From the NCBI GenBank assembly GCA_041651195.1, contig JBAZJR010000001.1:135601-199600 (forward strand): a DNA stretch of 64,000 nucleotides, written 5' to 3'. The notes beneath the pieces are model-generated. The model saw only the letters and a program-made list of their open reading frames with translations, had not been told where the DNA came from and did no database searches. This document shows positions 8,848-17,117 of the stretch, piece by piece (within the stretch, counting starts at the first letter, position 1; each line of letters begins with the position of its first letter). The translations under genes and the position numbers were made by a program. Origin of the DNA: Patescibacteria group bacterium. GTDB lineage: Bacteria > Patescibacteriota > Patescibacteriia > Patescibacteriales > UBA12465.

Positions 8848-10329
8848 CACTGAATCAAAATCGCTTTTATTTTCAATTTTAGAGAGGACATTATATGGCT
8901 CTTTAAAAGAAATATTAGCGATTTTTTTGTTATCAATAGTAGCGTTCCAAAGTACACCAATTAGAGTATTTCGCTGTTCATCGGGTTTTTGCAATAAAAA
9001 CGCTTTTTGCATTGTTTTAGGCTCTAAAAACGCATTTCTTATACGTTCCAAAGTAATATTATCTTGGCTATGTTTTTTAATTTCTAACTCTTGTAAGTCC
9101 TTATTAATTAAAACCATTTCATTTTCTATTACCTGATTCTTAGCCTTATAGTCGCCCTCTAAAACAACTTTATCTAGATAACCGTCTATCAGAACTTTCT
9201 TGCGCTCATCGAGTGTTTTGAGCCTATTTTGAAGACCGAGGATAGCCTCTTCCAAGTAGGACAAGACATTTCCGCTTTCTTTGAGTTTAGCCCGATAGAC
9301 AAGATTAACGACTTTCTCGTCAAAGATTAGATTATTAAAAACATTATTTAATTCCGTTGAAAGATTTTCTTCCTTGATATAGGCTTTGTGTTCTTCGCAG
9401 ACATTTTTGCCGTTGGTGCAGTAATAATATGTCAGTCGTCCTTTCTTCTTGGTGGCTGTTAGCAGACAGCCACATTTAGCACATCGGAGCATTCCCCTAA
9501 AAGCGAAAGGAATATTTTGTTTTTTGATATGGGATTTTTTAGTTAGCATTTCTTGCACCTCGTCAAATAGTTTCTTGGAAATTAACGGCTCATGTGTGCC
9601 TTGGTATATCGCTCCGTCCTTTTCCATAATTCCACAATAGAAAGAATCGGACAACATTTTATGAATTTTGCTTTTGTGATATTTATTATGTGCCCGACTT
9701 CTAAAGCCCTCTTTAAATAAGGTATCAGAGATTTCCTTAACGCTATATTTCCCAGTCTTATACATTTCAAATATTTTAACGATATATTTTCCTCGTGCTT
9801 TATCAATTATTATTTTGCTGTCTTTATTCAGATAACCGAGAGGAGCCAGATTTGGCCAACCGCCTTTTTCCAGTTTAGCTCTAATTCCTCTTTTTACATT
9901 TTTACTCAAGTCCAAAATATATTGATTAGCCATTCCGCTTTCAACATTAAAGAGTAAAGCATTATCACTAGGCAAGTACTGTCTTTCCATAGTTTGGATA
10001 ATTTTTAATTCGTTCTGTTGTAGGAGCCATTGGATAGTGGCCGAGTCTATCGGATTGCGACTTAGTATGTCTATTTTCCAACAGATAACGCCCTGAATTT
10101 TGCCTCGCTTGATCAAATTGATAAGTTCGGAAAATTGCGGTCTATTATCTGGTTTCTTGGCCGATTTACTTTCTCTAAAAGTAGCCACAATATTTAGCCC
10201 TAGAGTTTCGGCCAACTTCAACATTTCTTTCTCTTGTGAATCTAGAGAAAGAATTTGCCTGCTACTGTCTTCGGTAGACTTTCGGCAGTAGAGGGCATAT
10301 TTAATTGTTTCGTCTTTTTTGTCGTTCAT
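8770..10329 (-). CDS. large serine recombinase (resolvase/invertase N-domain, recombinase domain and zinc ribbon)
   Basis: The N-terminus YALYCRKSTEDSSRQILSLDSQ carries the catalytic Ser context. A Cys cluster CAKCGC...YYYCTNGKNVC is followed by a coiled-coil C-terminal region. The last ~26 codons are antisense to the tRNA-Ser gene. Confidence 0.9.
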   Translation of the reverse strand: MNDKKDETIKYALYCRKSTEDSSRQILSLDSQEKEMLKLAETLGLNIVATFRESKSAKKPDNRPQFSELINLIKRGKIQGVICWKIDILSRNPIDSATIQWLLQQNELKIIQTMERQYLPSDNALLFNVESGMANQYILDLSKNVKRGIRAKLEKGGWPNLAPLGYLNKDSKIIIDKARGKYIVKIFEMYKTGKYSVKEISDTLFKEGFRSRAHNKYHKSKIHKMLSDSFYCGIMEKDGAIYQGTHEPLISKKLFDEVQEMLTKKSHIKKQNIPFAFRGMLRCAKCGCLLTATKKKGRLTYYYCTNGKNVCEEHKAYIKEENLSTELNNVFNNLIFDEKVVNLVYRAKLKESGNVLSYLEEAILGLQNRLKTLDERKKVLIDGYLDKVVLEGDYKAKNQVIENEMVLINKDLQELEIKKHSQDNITLERIRNAFLEPKTMQKAFLLQKPDEQRNTLIGVLWNATIDNKKIANISFKEPYNVLSKIENKSDFDSVRRGRDSNPGSTFIDNSFQDCPIKPL

Positions 10330-10365
10330 ATAATTATTATTTAATAATCAAAAAGGGCAGTCCTG

Positions 10366-10491
10366 ATTCACCCAACATAACAAACTAGCCCAAAGGTTAA
10401 TTTATCGTTTGGCAGAACTGCCCATTTCGAGCGACAAAGGTATTTGTTAAAAAAATACCCTGGGCATGTCTGTTTATTATGTTAGGTGAAT
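10366..10491. repeat. imperfect 20-bp inverted repeat pair between rep and recombinase genes
   Basis: attcacccaacataacaaac (10366-10385) matches the reverse complement of gtttattatgttaggtgaat (10472-10491) at 17/20 positions. Nested gggcagt/actgccc pairing lies inside. Confidence 0.5.
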
Positions 10492-10515
10492 ACTATTAAT
10501 ATACTAAAGAACGGG

Positions 10516-11484
10516 TTAAAAATCAATATCGTCTAAAGAATGACCAGTTAGAATATCTGTGATGTTCTCGTCTAATTCGGGATAGTTTGAAAGGTCGTAT
10601 TGCTGATAATTAAACCAACGCATAAAATTGACTGGCTTGCCTATGGAATCATTTGGGTCGCTATTGTTATATTCCGTTTCGCCGTCATACTTATAGACCA
10701 AGGATTCCGAGGGCAGTTTAGATTCCACGAGCGACACGACTTCAACGAAAGAATTTTCCTGCGGTTTGAGCAATCCTTTACTGGCGATATATTTCTTTTG
10801 CCTCGGACAATTATTTTCAAAGACTGATTTCTGAATATATTTGATAAAGTAGAAAATAATCTTTTGCAGTTGGGCTTGGTTTTTGACCTTGGTAAAATTT
10901 TTGTCTTTTCCGCCGACCATTATCCGACCTTGCCCCCATATCTTATACATTTTCCGATAAACATCTTTAATATAGGGCAGATTAAAAAATATCATATGAT
11001 AATGAATTGCTCCTCGTTTCTGCAGTTCAAAGACGGCCAGATATTTTAAGTTGCTTTGCTTTAAGTCTTTGCCCTCAATGCCATTAGTTTCATAATTTAA
11101 TCTGCGAATGAATTTCGTAAATTCATAATTGGCCTGTTTTAAATTAACGATATTTTCTTTAAAAGTTAGAGTGAGTGTTATTGGCAAATAGGACTGGCCT
11201 TTAGTTTTAAACCATAAAAAGCAATTAGCCATAATTAATCGCTTTATCATTCGCTTGGCTCGCCTGGCAGAAGACTTGAGAATATCCTCGGCACTGGCTT
11301 TAGGCTTGGGGAATTTCTTAGCCTCTTCAATTTCCTCCTCGCTTTTAATATGTTGGATTTTTCTTTCCAAGTGAATATCCCGACCAAACTGATATATTTC
11401 CAGGAGTGAGCCTGATTTAACCAGTTTACGGTTAGATAAGTATTTATTATCTTGTTGTTGCATATAATTATTATTATTAATCAA
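10516..11484 (-). CDS. HUH-superfamily rolling-circle replication initiator (phiX174 gpA-like motif set)
   Basis: Three ordered motifs are present: ITLTLTF (motif 1), AIHYHMIFF (HUH motif 2) and YFIKYIQK (motif 3). In motif 3 the two Tyr are spaced as in gpA YVAKYVNK. Confidence 0.75.
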   Translation of the reverse strand: MINNNNYMQQQDNKYLSNRKLVKSGSLLEIYQFGRDIHLERKIQHIKSEEEIEEAKKFPKPKASAEDILKSSARRAKRMIKRLIMANCFLWFKTKGQSYLPITLTLTFKENIVNLKQANYEFTKFIRRLNYETNGIEGKDLKQSNLKYLAVFELQKRGAIHYHMIFFNLPYIKDVYRKMYKIWGQGRIMVGGKDKNFTKVKNQAQLQKIIFYFIKYIQKSVFENNCPRQKKYIASKGLLKPQENSFVEVVSLVESKLPSESLVYKYDGETEYNNSDPNDSIGKPVNFMRWFNYQQYDLSNYPELDENITDILTGHSLDDIDF

Positions 11485-11508
11485 GTTCTAATTAGAAGTT
11501 CTCTTAAC

Positions 11509-11577
11509 AAGGATAACTTTTTCTTTTCGGCTCCCCCTACGGGGGAACCGCCGAAAAGAAAAAAAGAGTTATTCCTT
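11509..11577. repeat. long imperfect inverted repeat / stem-loop immediately upstream of rep (candidate origin or terminator)
   Basis: The arm aaggataactttttcttttcggctccccc and the arm gggggaaccgccgaaaagaaaaaaagagttattcctt flank a tac loop. The GC-rich tip is tccccc/ggggga. Confidence 0.55.
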
Positions 11578-11712
11578 ATTAAAGAGAGAGTTATATAAAT
11601 TAACGAGAGATGTAAGAAAAGAATCAGCCTCGTCAGGAGTAATTGCTCGCCCATACAGTCCGCTAAAATATTCTTGGGCGTCAGATATCAGTTGGTTGTC
11701 ATATTTAGTCAT
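11569..11712 (-). CDS. possible small ORF (47 aa)
   Basis: Hand-translated as MTKYDNQLISDAQEYFSGLYGRAITPDEADSFLTSLVNLYNSLFNKE*. It is below the ORF-track cutoff and has no recognisable family. Confidence 0.3.
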   Translation of the reverse strand: MTKYDNQLISDAQEYFSGLYGRAITPDEADSFLTSLVNLYNSLFNKE

Positions 11713-11724
11713 GACTACAGTTTA

Positions 11725-11762
11725 CAAAAAGAGCCCCGCACCATTGTGAGTGCAGGGCTCTT
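11725..11762 (-). terminator. rho-independent terminator (minus strand)
   Basis: Hairpin gagccccgca...tgcagggctc, with a T-run on the minus strand directly after the 11781 stop. Confidence 0.6.
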
Positions 11763-11780
11763 TGCTCTGTTTAGTTATTT

Positions 11781-12722
11781 TTACAGGTATTTATGATTGA
11801 TTTGGCACCAACCGTTCTTTTCTGTCGTATAGAATATAAAGTCATTAATTTTATTGCTAGTAGCTTTTGAGATTTTACGATTTAGTTTATCGCAAGCATG
11901 GCGAAATCTTTGCCGATTACCCTCGTAGTCTTCTTTTAAATAATCTTCTGAGATTTCCACGAAGTCCGTTTGGTCATTTAGGTCTTTAGCAAAGACAGCC
12001 TCAAGAATATAATGATCTATCGGCTTTTCGCTTTTAAGTGCGATTTTTATCTCTTGGCCTCGGATATAGAGGATACTATCTTTTGAATCAAAACTAATGG
12101 GCGGTTTTGGTTTCAGACTTTCTAAAAAGGCTTGTGAATCTATTTTATCTATTATGTGTTTATTAATTAATTCCATTGAGGAATCTAAGAATTGAGCCGA
12201 GGTGATAACTTTCTCTGGCGCATTTTTAACATTATGGGCAGGCATAATAGCGAAAGATTCGTCTTTAGCTATCTCTATTAATTCATCGGCTCGTTTAATA
12301 TCTCCCGATTTTTGACAGTCCTTTATCTCCTGCATGCCGTTAGCCACTAAAATAAGGCTCATTAAATTTATGGATAGCAGTTCTTTAAAAGCCAGGTCTT
12401 CTTTGTTTTCTATGGCCTTTTGCCAACCCTTAAATTCTTGATTAAAAACAGGCATTTCCGAAAAGTTAGAGGGGTTAAGCACATCTAAACTTATATTATC
12501 CATAGCTTGGCTTTTCTCTGGATTTTTAACAATCTCGGTCATTAGGCCTATTTGCTTATTAGTATAGTCAACGATAGGGGCTAATAAGTCTTTCAAATAA
12601 GGCTCGGAATTAAGAAAACTGATATAATCAAAAATCACTTCAAAGCTCTTAAAATGGCCTGAATTTTTCTTGAATTGACGGTTAAAGTCGATTAATTGGT
12701 CTTTGATTTTATCGGTAGTCAT
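11781..12722 (-). CDS. hypothetical protein (element-borne)
   Basis: 313-aa AT-rich ORF with its own terminator. I recognise no family. Confidence 0.65.
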   Translation of the reverse strand: MTTDKIKDQLIDFNRQFKKNSGHFKSFEVIFDYISFLNSEPYLKDLLAPIVDYTNKQIGLMTEIVKNPEKSQAMDNISLDVLNPSNFSEMPVFNQEFKGWQKAIENKEDLAFKELLSINLMSLILVANGMQEIKDCQKSGDIKRADELIEIAKDESFAIMPAHNVKNAPEKVITSAQFLDSSMELINKHIIDKIDSQAFLESLKPKPPISFDSKDSILYIRGQEIKIALKSEKPIDHYILEAVFAKDLNDQTDFVEISEDYLKEDYEGNRQRFRHACDKLNRKISKATSNKINDFIFYTTEKNGWCQINHKYL

Positions 12723-12821
12723 AGAGTTATTTTGGCACTCAAAACGGCGATAGTCAAATCAGTCTGTTTTGTTGATTTTTTAGGGTTTTTGTGATAATTT
12801 AGGAGTATATAAAAAATTTAA

Positions 12822-14336
12822 ATGGATAAATTGAAACATTTACTTTCTAAATATTCAAATGAGCTGTATCTGAGCGGAATTCTATTTTTATCCGCTTTTT
12901 TGAGATTAGACCATACATCACTTAGGCCATTATGGCTAGATGAAGCAGATATAGCTAATTTACTATCCGTACCTCTGGCTAACTCTTGGTCGGTATTAGT
13001 TAATTCTGCCCAAAATGCAACATATTTTTATGTCTTAAGGACTTGGTCTTTATGCTTCGGTAATTCCGAAATGGGCATCCGTTCTTTGTCTGTTTTTTTT
13101 AGCCTGTTGTCTATTATAGTAATATATAAATTTGGAGTTCGTTTAAATGGAAAAAAAACAGGTCTTTGGGCATCATTTTTGTTATCAGTTAATTACTTTA
13201 GTATTTTTTATGCTATTCAAGCTAGACAATATTCTCTAGTAATATTATTAAGTATACTATCTTATTATTATTTCTACGGCCTCTTAAATGATTTTAATTA
13301 TAAAAAATTAACCGCATATATTTTTTTTACTGTTTTTGGGGTCTATTCTCATCCTTGGTTTATTTTAATATTGGGTTCTCAATTTATTTGTTTATTATTT
13401 AATAGTGGACATAAAAAGGTAGAAGTTATTTTTAGCCAGGTTTTAATTTTTATTTTATCCGTCCCCTGGTTAATAATTTTATGGAATCATAAAATAGATG
13501 GAGCAAACAACTGGATTGGATTAACAAAAATAAGCACATTATTTAGCACCTTTCATTACTTTATGTATGGTGCAACGGGGGTATTTATTATTGGCGGGAT
13601 AATTGCCTGTTTTTTTGTCCTTGGGCGCGTTGAAGAAACTGAAACGATGATTAATTATAGGTTTAATTATTTTAATTATCATCAAATTAGCTCAAAAATA
13701 TATTTACTTTTCAGTTATTTGTTTTTCCCATTATTCATAGCTATTGCCATAGGACATTTTATTCCTTTTTACGAGCCTGGCCGCTATGAAGCCGTAGTTT
13801 TGCCAGCGTTTATTTTGCTGTTTGCTTCGCTTTGGTCAAAAATAAAATCAAATTGTTTTGCCTCGGTTTTGATTTTATTATTGATTATTTTTAGTTATCA
13901 AGAAGTGCTCAATGAAAAAAAAGACATTCAGAATCAAAAAATAGATAATCGCACAACTACTATAGACTTTTTAGCAAATTCTCAAAATGGCGATTGGGTA
14001 GTTTTTACAGGTCTATCTAGACCGCCAATTGATTATTATTTAACTCGCTTCAACTCAGAAAATAAAATTTTTAAAGAAGTATCTTTTCCGGCTGATATTA
14101 CAGAGCATCAAGCCTATCAAAATAATGAAAAGATAAACAAAAATCTTAATCAGATTAAAATATCATCCGAGACTCTTATTGGAGAAATTAAAAAATCTTC
14201 CCATGGAAGAGTATGGCTAGTATTTACTCAAGATAATCCAATAGGTCCTTTATTGGAAAAAAAATTTCAAGAAAATTTTACATTAGATAGTTATTTACCT
14301 GGGCCTTCCTTTGCACTGATATTATATAAGTTTTAG
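12822..14336 (+). CDS. polytopic membrane glycosyltransferase, GT39/ArnT/PMT_2-like
   Basis: About 11-12 predicted transmembrane segments. The first periplasmic-loop motif LRPLWLDEAD is of the type seen in ArnT/PMT-like enzymes. The C-terminal domain is soluble. Confidence 0.65.
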   Translation: MDKLKHLLSKYSNELYLSGILFLSAFLRLDHTSLRPLWLDEADIANLLSVPLANSWSVLVNSAQNATYFYVLRTWSLCFGNSEMGIRSLSVFFSLLSIIVIYKFGVRLNGKKTGLWASFLLSVNYFSIFYAIQARQYSLVILLSILSYYYFYGLLNDFNYKKLTAYIFFTVFGVYSHPWFILILGSQFICLLFNSGHKKVEVIFSQVLIFILSVPWLIILWNHKIDGANNWIGLTKISTLFSTFHYFMYGATGVFIIGGIIACFFVLGRVEETETMINYRFNYFNYHQISSKIYLLFSYLFFPLFIAIAIGHFIPFYEPGRYEAVVLPAFILLFASLWSKIKSNCFASVLILLLIIFSYQEVLNEKKDIQNQKIDNRTTTIDFLANSQNGDWVVFTGLSRPPIDYYLTRFNSENKIFKEVSFPADITEHQAYQNNEKINKNLNQIKISSETLIGEIKKSSHGRVWLVFTQDNPIGPLLEKKFQENFTLDSYLPGPSFALILYKF

Positions 14337-14364
14337 GATTATTTTTAAGAAAGTTAATCTAAAG

Positions 14365-14393
14365 CCGTTCCAACTACGTCCCACCCTCTCCGC
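14365..14393 (+). repeat. att-like remnant (copy B)
   Basis: ccgttccaactacgtcccaccctctccgc is about 80 percent identical to 15953-15981. It shares cctctccgc with the tRNA-Ser acceptor end. Confidence 0.5.
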
Positions 14394-14394
14394 T

Positions 14395-14432
14395 AACAAA
14401 ATAAACCTGCCCTGCGGCAGGTTTATTTTGTT
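14395..14432 (+). terminator. perfect 17-bp hairpin
   Basis: aacaaaataaacctgcc ctgc ggcaggtttattttgtt, with T-rich sequence on both sides. Confidence 0.6.
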
Positions 14433-14504
14433 AATATTGAAGTCCGGGAGGGATTCGAAAGGCGAGGCGATGCGCACTTGCGCGCCGCCGAGCCCGGGTA
14501 GTGT

Positions 14505-14522
14505 AATCCCTGCCTCTCCGCA
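14505..14522 (+). repeat. attR-like core, an exact copy of the tRNA-Ser 3' end
   Basis: aatccctgcctctccgca is identical to 8832-8849. Upstream, cccgggtagtgtaatccctg is a degenerate T-arm look-alike. Confidence 0.6.
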
Positions 14523-14729
14523 GTAAGCAAAAAATAAGGTCAATGCTTTTTTTAGTGTCGAAAAGTTCCAAAGTTAGATAGGGATTAAGTAAAAAATTTA
14601 CTTAGTGATGATATGTTTTAGCTAATATTTATGTATAAAATAGTCATTCCAAAGTTAATCAATTTTGTTGATTTTTGAGGTATTTTGTGCTATTTTCTTA
14701 ATAAGAATAAACAATTAATGTTAAAATAT

Positions 14730-15542
14730 ATGTCAGAAAATGTTTTTGAAACAATTAAGAGAATTGATGATAATGGCAAGGAGTATTGGTCTTCAAGAGA
14801 TTTGTCAAAAGTATTGGAATATACTGATTATCGTAATTTTCTTGGTGTGATAGAAAAGGCAAAAATAGCCTGTGAAAACAGCGAAGAAATTATCCACAAC
14901 CATTTCGTTGAAGCCAACGAAATGGTTGAAATCGGTTCAGGCGCGGAAAAACCTGTTGATACCATTTATCTTTCCAGATATGCCTGCTATTTAATAGTGC
15001 AAAATTCAAACCCCACAAAAGTAGTGGTGGCGAAGGGACAGACCTACTTTGCAATTCAGACTAGAAGACAAGAAAATAAAGATAGTTTAATTGAAGACAA
15101 TAACCGTGTTTTTTTGCGTGCCGAAATGAAAAAACATAATACTTCATTAACAAAAACTGCTTCGCTGGCCGGCGTTGAAAATTATGCTATTTTTCAGAAT
15201 TATGGTTATAAGGGTTTGTATGGCGGTCTGACAATGCAGGATATTCATATTAGAAAACGATTAACAAAATCCCAAAAAATTCTTGATCATATGAATAGTG
15301 AGGAGCTAGCTGCTAATCTGTTCCGTGCTACCCAAACTGATGCAAAAATAAAGCGGGATAATATTAAGGGTCAGATGAACGCGAATTTAGCGCACTACGA
15401 GGTTGGTCAAAAAGTTCGCAATACCATTGCTACTCTTGGTGGTACTATGCCGGAAGAACTTCCCACGCCCGACGCGATCGGAAAGGCAAGCACGAGAATA
15501 AAAAAATCAAAAAAGGTTAAAAAGATCGAATTAACTAAATAA
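14730..15542 (+). CDS. DinD-like DNA damage-inducible protein
   Basis: Collinear by eye with E. coli DinD (FE.IKRI.DNG.EYWS.R.L...L.Y, LSRYACYL.VQN, GQTYFAIQTR). I prefer the ATG at 14730 over the track's GTG at 14685. Confidence 0.7.
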   Translation: MSENVFETIKRIDDNGKEYWSSRDLSKVLEYTDYRNFLGVIEKAKIACENSEEIIHNHFVEANEMVEIGSGAEKPVDTIYLSRYACYLIVQNSNPTKVVVAKGQTYFAIQTRRQENKDSLIEDNNRVFLRAEMKKHNTSLTKTASLAGVENYAIFQNYGYKGLYGGLTMQDIHIRKRLTKSQKILDHMNSEELAANLFRATQTDAKIKRDNIKGQMNANLAHYEVGQKVRNTIATLGGTMPEELPTPDAIGKASTRIKKSKKVKKIELTK

Positions 15543-15543
15543 T

Positions 15544-15891
15544 ATGTTTTCTAAGAAAAATATCAACTCTATCCCAGTCGAAGAAACCCCTCACTCCACG
15601 GGTTCTCGAAAGATGATCGCTGGTAAGTCAGATGTACCATCACCATACTTTGAGGCCATAACTCATGGATATCTGTCAGCTAATGAGAAGTGGGGACTCC
15701 ATCAGCATGAAGATATTATTGAAATATGCATTGTAATTAAAGGGACTGGCGTTGTCAGAGATCAGCAGAAGAACGAAGAAACATTTGAACCAGGTGATAG
15801 ATTCATATTCCCCGCAAATATATTTCATGAAATTGAAAATATTTCAAAAGGTACCGACGAGTTTTATTTTATTAGATTGAAATCAAAGTAA
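15544..15891 (+). CDS. cupin domain protein
   Basis: Cupin motifs HQHEDIIEICIVIKGTG and PANIFHEIEN. The start is 1 nt after the upstream stop. Confidence 0.65.
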   Translation: MFSKKNINSIPVEETPHSTGSRKMIAGKSDVPSPYFEAITHGYLSANEKWGLHQHEDIIEICIVIKGTGVVRDQQKNEETFEPGDRFIFPANIFHEIENISKGTDEFYFIRLKSK

Positions 15892-15952
15892 ATACGACAA
15901 ACGAATTTACCCTTATTTGGCTAGTCACGAATATATAATATTTTGCTCAGTG

Positions 15953-16026
15953 CCATTCCAAGTGCGTCCCACCCTCTCCGCAGAACGGGACGATGCGAGT
16001 CTAAAAGCTCATCTCGTCCTTTTTTA
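15953..16026 (+). repeat. att-like remnant (copy D) plus a diverged duplicate of the tRNA downstream flank/terminator
   Basis: The segment reads ccattccaagtgcgtcccaccctctccgca then gaacgggacgatgcgagtctaaaagctcatctcgtcctttttt. The second part is about 85-90 percent identical to 17125-17166. Confidence 0.55.
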
Positions 16027-16099
16027 TTGGGCTTTTTGAAAGCTCGAGTCAAAATTGCATATTTTTAGAATTTAGATATCTATGGTAGAATAATTTTGT

Positions 16100-16612
16100 A
16101 TGGATAAAAACACCAAAAACAATTACGCCTTTATTGATAGTCAGAATTTGAATTTAGGCATTAATAAATTAAACTGGAAACTTGATTTCAAGAAGTTTCG
16201 CATTTATCTCAAAGAGAAGTATAAAGTTTCTCAGGCATTTTTGTTTATTGGATTTATTCCGGAAAATCAGGACTTATATTCTTCCTTGCAAAAAGACGGT
16301 TATATCTTAATTTTTAAACCAGTTTTGTTTAATGGCGAAAGACAGCTAAAAGGAAATGTTGACGCCGATTTAGTTTTACAGACAATGATTGAGTTAAATA
16401 ATTTTGACCAAGCCGTTATTGTTTCTAGCGATGGCGATTTTTATTGTTTGGTTAAATATTTGTATGAAAAAGGGAAATTAGCTAGAGTTATTAGCCCGGA
16501 TGTAAAAAACTGTTCAAAATTATTGAAAAAGACCGCTAAAGAAAAAATAGTCTTTATGGATAACTTAAAAAATAAGCTTGAATATATAGCTAAAGAAAAA
16601 AGCACCGCTTAA
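16100..16612 (+). CDS. NYN domain (LabA-like) putative ribonuclease
   Basis: FIDSQNL at the N-terminus, then GNVDADL and SSDGDF, matches the NYN/PIN-like acidic residue pattern. Confidence 0.8.
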   Translation: MDKNTKNNYAFIDSQNLNLGINKLNWKLDFKKFRIYLKEKYKVSQAFLFIGFIPENQDLYSSLQKDGYILIFKPVLFNGERQLKGNVDADLVLQTMIELNNFDQAVIVSSDGDFYCLVKYLYEKGKLARVISPDVKNCSKLLKKTAKEKIVFMDNLKNKLEYIAKEKSTA

Positions 16613-16711
16613 AGACGAAACTTTAAGAGGTGCTTTTTAATAGAAATTCTATTGTTAATATAGCATAGATAAACCAACAAAGCAATAGTTTTGAATATAG
16701 CGTCAAATCAT

Positions 16712-17059
16712 ATGAAAACTACTAAAAATGAGGCAATTACTAAGTCAAAATTTGGAATTAATCTTTGGGTTTATAAGACTAATACCAAAGAAGCTGGTTT
16801 CGTTTATACTGAAGTTGCTGAAGGACATTTTGAAGAGTTTTACCATAAAGTGAGCACTTTTATCTACTATGTGTTAGAAGGGGAGGGAAAATTCTTTTTA
16901 GATGGTGTTGAAACGCCCGTCAAAGCAACTGATTTAATTGTTATTCCTCCAAATACTAAAATTTACTATTTAGGGAACATGAAGCTCAATTTAATAACTG
17001 TTCCCGCTTGGTCGCCAGAGAATGAAGTGCATGTTAGAGATATCAGTGTTACCCTATAA
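16712..17059 (+). CDS. cupin-fold protein
   Basis: YYVLEGEGKFFLDG....ATDLIVIPPNTKIYYLG is a typical cupin beta-barrel core. I prefer the ATG at 16712 over the track start at 16691. Confidence 0.6.
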   Translation: MKTTKNEAITKSKFGINLWVYKTNTKEAGFVYTEVAEGHFEEFYHKVSTFIYYVLEGEGKFFLDGVETPVKATDLIVIPPNTKIYYLGNMKLNLITVPAWSPENEVHVRDISVTL

Positions 17060-17117
17060 TATTGCTTTTAATTTATTGGCTTTTCCTCTCATTTCAGTTC
17101 GGATATAGTACCTAACA

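Larger units (their letters stand above)
8832..14522. mobile_element. candidate integrative element at the 3' end of tRNA-Ser (serine recombinase + HUH Rep + cargo)
   Basis: An 18-bp direct repeat aatccctgcctctccgca occurs at 8832-8849 (tRNA 3' end) and at 14505-14522. The interior is strikingly AT-rich by eye. It encodes a large serine recombinase, an HUH Rep, a hypothetical protein and a GT39-like membrane glycosyltransferase. Confidence 0.55.

Noticed and set aside
14455-14522. A GC-rich, tRNA-looking segment (gggattcgaa..., nested ccggg/gcgc hairpin, and an exact tRNA-Ser 3' end) that might be a second tRNA or pseudo-tRNA.
   Set aside because: I could build no acceptor 5' strand, D arm or anticodon arm. 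The T-arm look-alike (ccggg-tagtgtaat-ccctg) has a 9-nt loop and a mismatch. It is better explained as the att arm of the integrated element.
14322-14543. 73-aa minus-strand ORF spanning the att remnants.
   Set aside because: It reads through the tRNA-like repeat and hairpin sequences; the FESLP-type peptide is a typical antisense-tRNA translation. There is no RBS or family resemblance.
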